64,000 nucleotides of DNA, taken from the human T2T-CHM13v2.0 reference genome, Homo sapiens. Numbering within the stretch: position 1 is the first letter of the stretch; every line of letters begins with the position of its first letter. Made by a program: the position numbers and the translations under genes. The notes under the pieces are model-generated. The model made no database searches. It was not told the DNA's origin and saw only the letters and a list, made by a program, of their open reading frames with translations. This document shows positions 59,596 through 64,000 of this stretch, piece by piece. The stretch is from the NCBI RefSeq assembly GCF_009914755.1, contig NC_060947.1. One strand, 5' to 3'.

Positions 59596-60989
59596 ATAAC
59601 CATTTTCATGTTTTTATAGCAAACTTAAATATACATATAAATATATGTACTCAATATGCACTTTTAAATTTTAGTGAAATAAGCTTTTGTGTACCTTATC
59701 TGAAAAAAACCAACATTTCTTCCTAAACTCTTCTCTCCTGAAAAACAACAGTAGTAAAGATAATAAGTAGCATGTTTGCTAATTGAAAAAACTAGCACAG
59801 CAGCCAGAAGGAAGAACAGCAATGTTGATGTTTAAAGGAGGACTACAATTTTAAGCACGAGCTTGTGGTCAGTTTATTTGCATTGTTTGGCTTTTCCACT
59901 CAACATGTTCCAGAAGGTTCTAGATTTATATTGAAGAAGAGTTTTATAAGTTGGACAGTGATGTTATTTGTTTTCGAAAAGCAGTGACACTGATGGCCTT
60001 AGAGGCTAGGTACCTTAGAAAGGATATATTTTCATGTGCATAGAAAGATTCCTCCCTCCCTCCCTTCCTTCCTTCACTAAAAGCCATCCTTAGCTCAAGG
60101 AGAGGGAGTGCTTCCTTGCTAACAGCCTTGCAAGACACGGGATTCTCCAGGCAGGACGAGGAGCTGAACATTTCCAGAAACCTGGTCAGATGGTTCTGCA
60201 TTCTTCTAAAAGATTTGCTGAGACACATCCACTTGCTGCCCTCATGGCAAAAGATCGCATAGATCTTGTTGCCATCTTCTGTGTCTCAGCGAAATAGCCC
60301 TGAGCAAAATCGCACATTAAATCTTCTGGTTGCAGAGTTAACTCATCTGTTCTCAAACAACCTGGCTTACAGAAGTGGATGCCAATCCAAAGCATGCCCA
60401 GAGGGCACATGGGTATTCTTTAATGAGCCAACTTTCATTACATAAGACACTCAATTGTGATCATTGGTGAATTTATCAAGTTGGCAGGGCATGTTTCCAC
60501 ACAGTCATCCTTTTTATTCTTCAGACATCTTTACTCTTTCATCAGCCCAGAGAAACAAATGTTTAGAGACGATGATATTTTCTCAATGTGTACTGCAGTT
60601 TACTATGCAGAACCCCTAACATAGACACCAGCTCTCATGGCCTGAATGCTTTGATTACTGTAGATGATCAATTCAGAGGTATTATTAGATCTCAGAGTGA
60701 ATTGATTTTTGGTTTTTTTTGGAAGATGGGAAAGGTGGAGTTCACCAAGAGTCACTCTGCTCATTCCAAGACCCTCAACTCTCCATGAAGTTCTTCATTT
60801 TTGTCTCAAGTAATTCTTTTAAGTATATGTGCTCACCCAATAAAAATCTCTGTCTTGGTGAAATTGTGGAGGTGTAAAGTCAGACAGAGAGAGAAACTCT
60901 TGTTGCCTTCTTTAAAGGATAAACATGCCTTTTTCTGATCAAACTTGAGACCCTCCAAAATTAAACTAGCTGTTAAGTGTGTGACCCCA

Positions 60990-61531
<542 letters not shown>

Positions 61532-61900
61532 TAAGCCAAAAAATATGAGAAATCCTTAGCCCCCTACTTCCATTTGTATTTTGCTTCTATCTAAAAAGTA
61601 CCCAAGTTGTTTAATTTCACAACCTGAAAGCACTGGAAAGCTTTAGATTGGAAATGCAGGATTTCACTTTATGCGATGGGACTAGACCATCACAAGATCT
61701 AGTGGTGACTTGAATTTTGATGCCACAGATAATCCTCTTTGTTCAAAGTGCCCTGTTTAGAAATTCATACATCAGGCAATGCAGCCCTTACAATATGTTT
61801 TCATTGTGATATTGAGGAAGAAAAGATACAGGAAGGGAGAAAGGAAAAGATGCAAAAAATGAGGAAAACATTACATACTTTATAAAATATAAGAACCATA

Positions 61901-62055
61901 GGCTGGGTGTGGTGGCTCACACCTGTACTCTTAGCACTTTGGGAGGCCAAGGCAGGAGGATTGCTTGAGCCCAACAGTTCGAGACCATCCTGGGCAACAT
62001 AGCAAGACTCTATCTCTAATTTTTTTCATAAAAAATAAAATAAAAAATAAAAAAG
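61901..62055 (+). mobile_element. FLAM / Alu left monomer
   Basis: Single monomer; approximate TSD AAGAAC(C/T)AT. Confidence 0.82.
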
Positions 62056-62220
62056 AACTATGAAAAGAAGGGTTTTTTTTGCCCTCAGGAAACTTGCAAT
62101 CTAAATTTTCTTCTAAACCCGGATTTGCTTTAAATGACTTGTCTAAATAAACTTATCTTTCCATGTCATTTTTTATCTTGTTTTTTTAGTTGTTGTTTGC
62201 TTACTAAACCTAAGCCTGGG

Positions 62221-62521
<301 letters not shown>

Positions 62522-63088
62522 CTAAGCCTTGAAGAAATAAATCTTTTAAAATTTCATTATGATTTTACTTTTGCTACCAACAACACCAGCCTTCTCTAAA
62601 AATCTAACTTTTGCTTGTCAACACTCAAAAACAACATTGGTGGAAGCCAAATGTACCTCAAAAGATGAATTTCATGCTTTTTTAGAGGAAAAAGCCTCAT
62701 GAACTGTGCTAGGTATTTTGATGATCAGCTCTTCGCATGGACATCTTGTCATGAATATTTATTCATAGGACATTTTCTTTTCTTTTTTAAAGGCTAATTG
62801 ATATTTTCATCTGAGCCAAACAGTAAATGTGGCATAGGGAAAGTTGTGTCTCACTATTGGATTCCTGAGTTAGTGAAAGAAAAGAGCTTGTATCTTCTAA
62901 AAGTGGAGGTGAATTATGTTTATTCTATAAAATACATAATAAATATCAATAATAATAGATACATAAGAGTCATAATTCTCTATGGGAAGTTATTTCTATA
63001 GCGGAGTAAGAAAAATCTACTGAACCTCCCTCTCTGCCACCACAAATAAACTTCCACGTCCCCAGGGAAAACCTTGTTAAGTGGTATA

Positions 63089-63105
63089 CACTGCCCTCTT
63101 GTGCA
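63089..63105 (-). promoter_or_regulatory. Candidate CTCF motif
   Basis: Minus strand TGCACAAGAGGGCAGTG approximates the CCAS(Y/A)AGRKGGCR core; motif only. Confidence 0.3.
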
Positions 63106-63592
63106 GACTGTTTAAACAGAAAAGATCTCACGCACCTATTACATAAAACATTTTTTAAAGCTCTGCATAAAGGAGGAAGACAACTAAATCTGCCAAGGTT
63201 TCTTGTTGATTTATTATAGCTGTTTCATAATCCACAAAGCCATAGTCAGCAATACCCGCAAACATTCTGTATACAAACGACTAGCTAGGTTTACAGTTCA
63301 AATGAGTATAAACTAAATTGTTTCTGTTTCCAAGAATTAAGCAACCATGGATTTTTTTTAAATGTTCCAATTCGCAATGTTCAAATCTATGTGGTACACT
63401 TATCTTTTAAGCGTTTTGCAAGATGCACCAGCACCACGTATAATATGATTCGCCAGCCACAAGAGAACCAGTCATGCCTGAGATTTCTAGAAAATTTTAC
63501 AATGGTTAAAAATGTCTCCACTGGGGCGTTTGTGTTGGTTTTCCTGAAAGGCATGGGATGGTCGTGCAGCCGATTCTCATAACGTCGGGATT

Positions 63593-63596
<4 letters not shown>

Positions 63597-63638
<42 letters not shown>
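63597..63638. repeat. (CT)n microsatellite
   Basis: About 21 perfect CT units. Confidence 0.97.
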
Positions 63639-63643
<5 letters not shown>

Positions 63644-64000
63644 CGTCTGCAAAACAATGGAGCAGGGTTTTCCTGGCTTCTTCTGCTTAGCGCCACTTTT
63701 CTTTTCTTTTTAATTCCCAGGTCCACAAACAATTTTTAGAGCTAAAAGAAAAGGTATGTGGCAATACTTAATTGCTGGACCCATGAAGCCAGGAGGATCT
63801 GAGACTCACTCCGAGAGCCAGGGACTTTCCAATGCGTTGGGAAGCAGCCTCTGCAGGAAGCTCGGCATGGGAAAAAGCTGTACCGGCTGCAAATCGTCCC
63901 TTCTGGTTCCGGCGAGTGACAGCAGAGGGTGACACAGATGCTCACATTGTCAGTGGTCCTTGCTGTGTTCATCTGACCCTGCGGTGCTCCACACAGGCAA

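Overview
Primate (most likely human) non-coding genomic DNA. I find no supportable host protein-coding exon, RNA gene or CRISPR array. The longer ORFs trace to simple repeats, Alus or a decayed L1 ORF2, and the short ones match nothing I recognise. The window is dense in interspersed repeats: about 27 Alu/FLAM copies or fragments, L1PB/L1PA/L1M pieces, MaLR and ERV1 LTRs, and hAT/Tigger/mariner DNA-transposon relics. It also holds unusually many large simple-repeat expansions (AT-rich, TATC/TAGA, CAY, CT, GGAA) and three tandem arrays (50, 53 and ~234 bp units). A tandem MLT1 unit type I associate with PAR1/distal Xp22.3 hints at that location (inference only). The most notable structure is a set of locally templated INVERTED duplications: 676-1315 vs 2046-2696 (outer 331 bp with 1 mismatch), 13562-13867 vs 15067-15373, and 34720-34932 vs 33064-33272. 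These are accompanied by smaller repair-type scars (fold-back filler, captured L1 fragment), an Alu with a G-rich tail, and a polyadenylated LTR retrocopy inside an Alu. Repeat subfamily names come from recalled consensus sequences, identities are estimated by eye, and boundaries are approximate unless a TSD is quoted.
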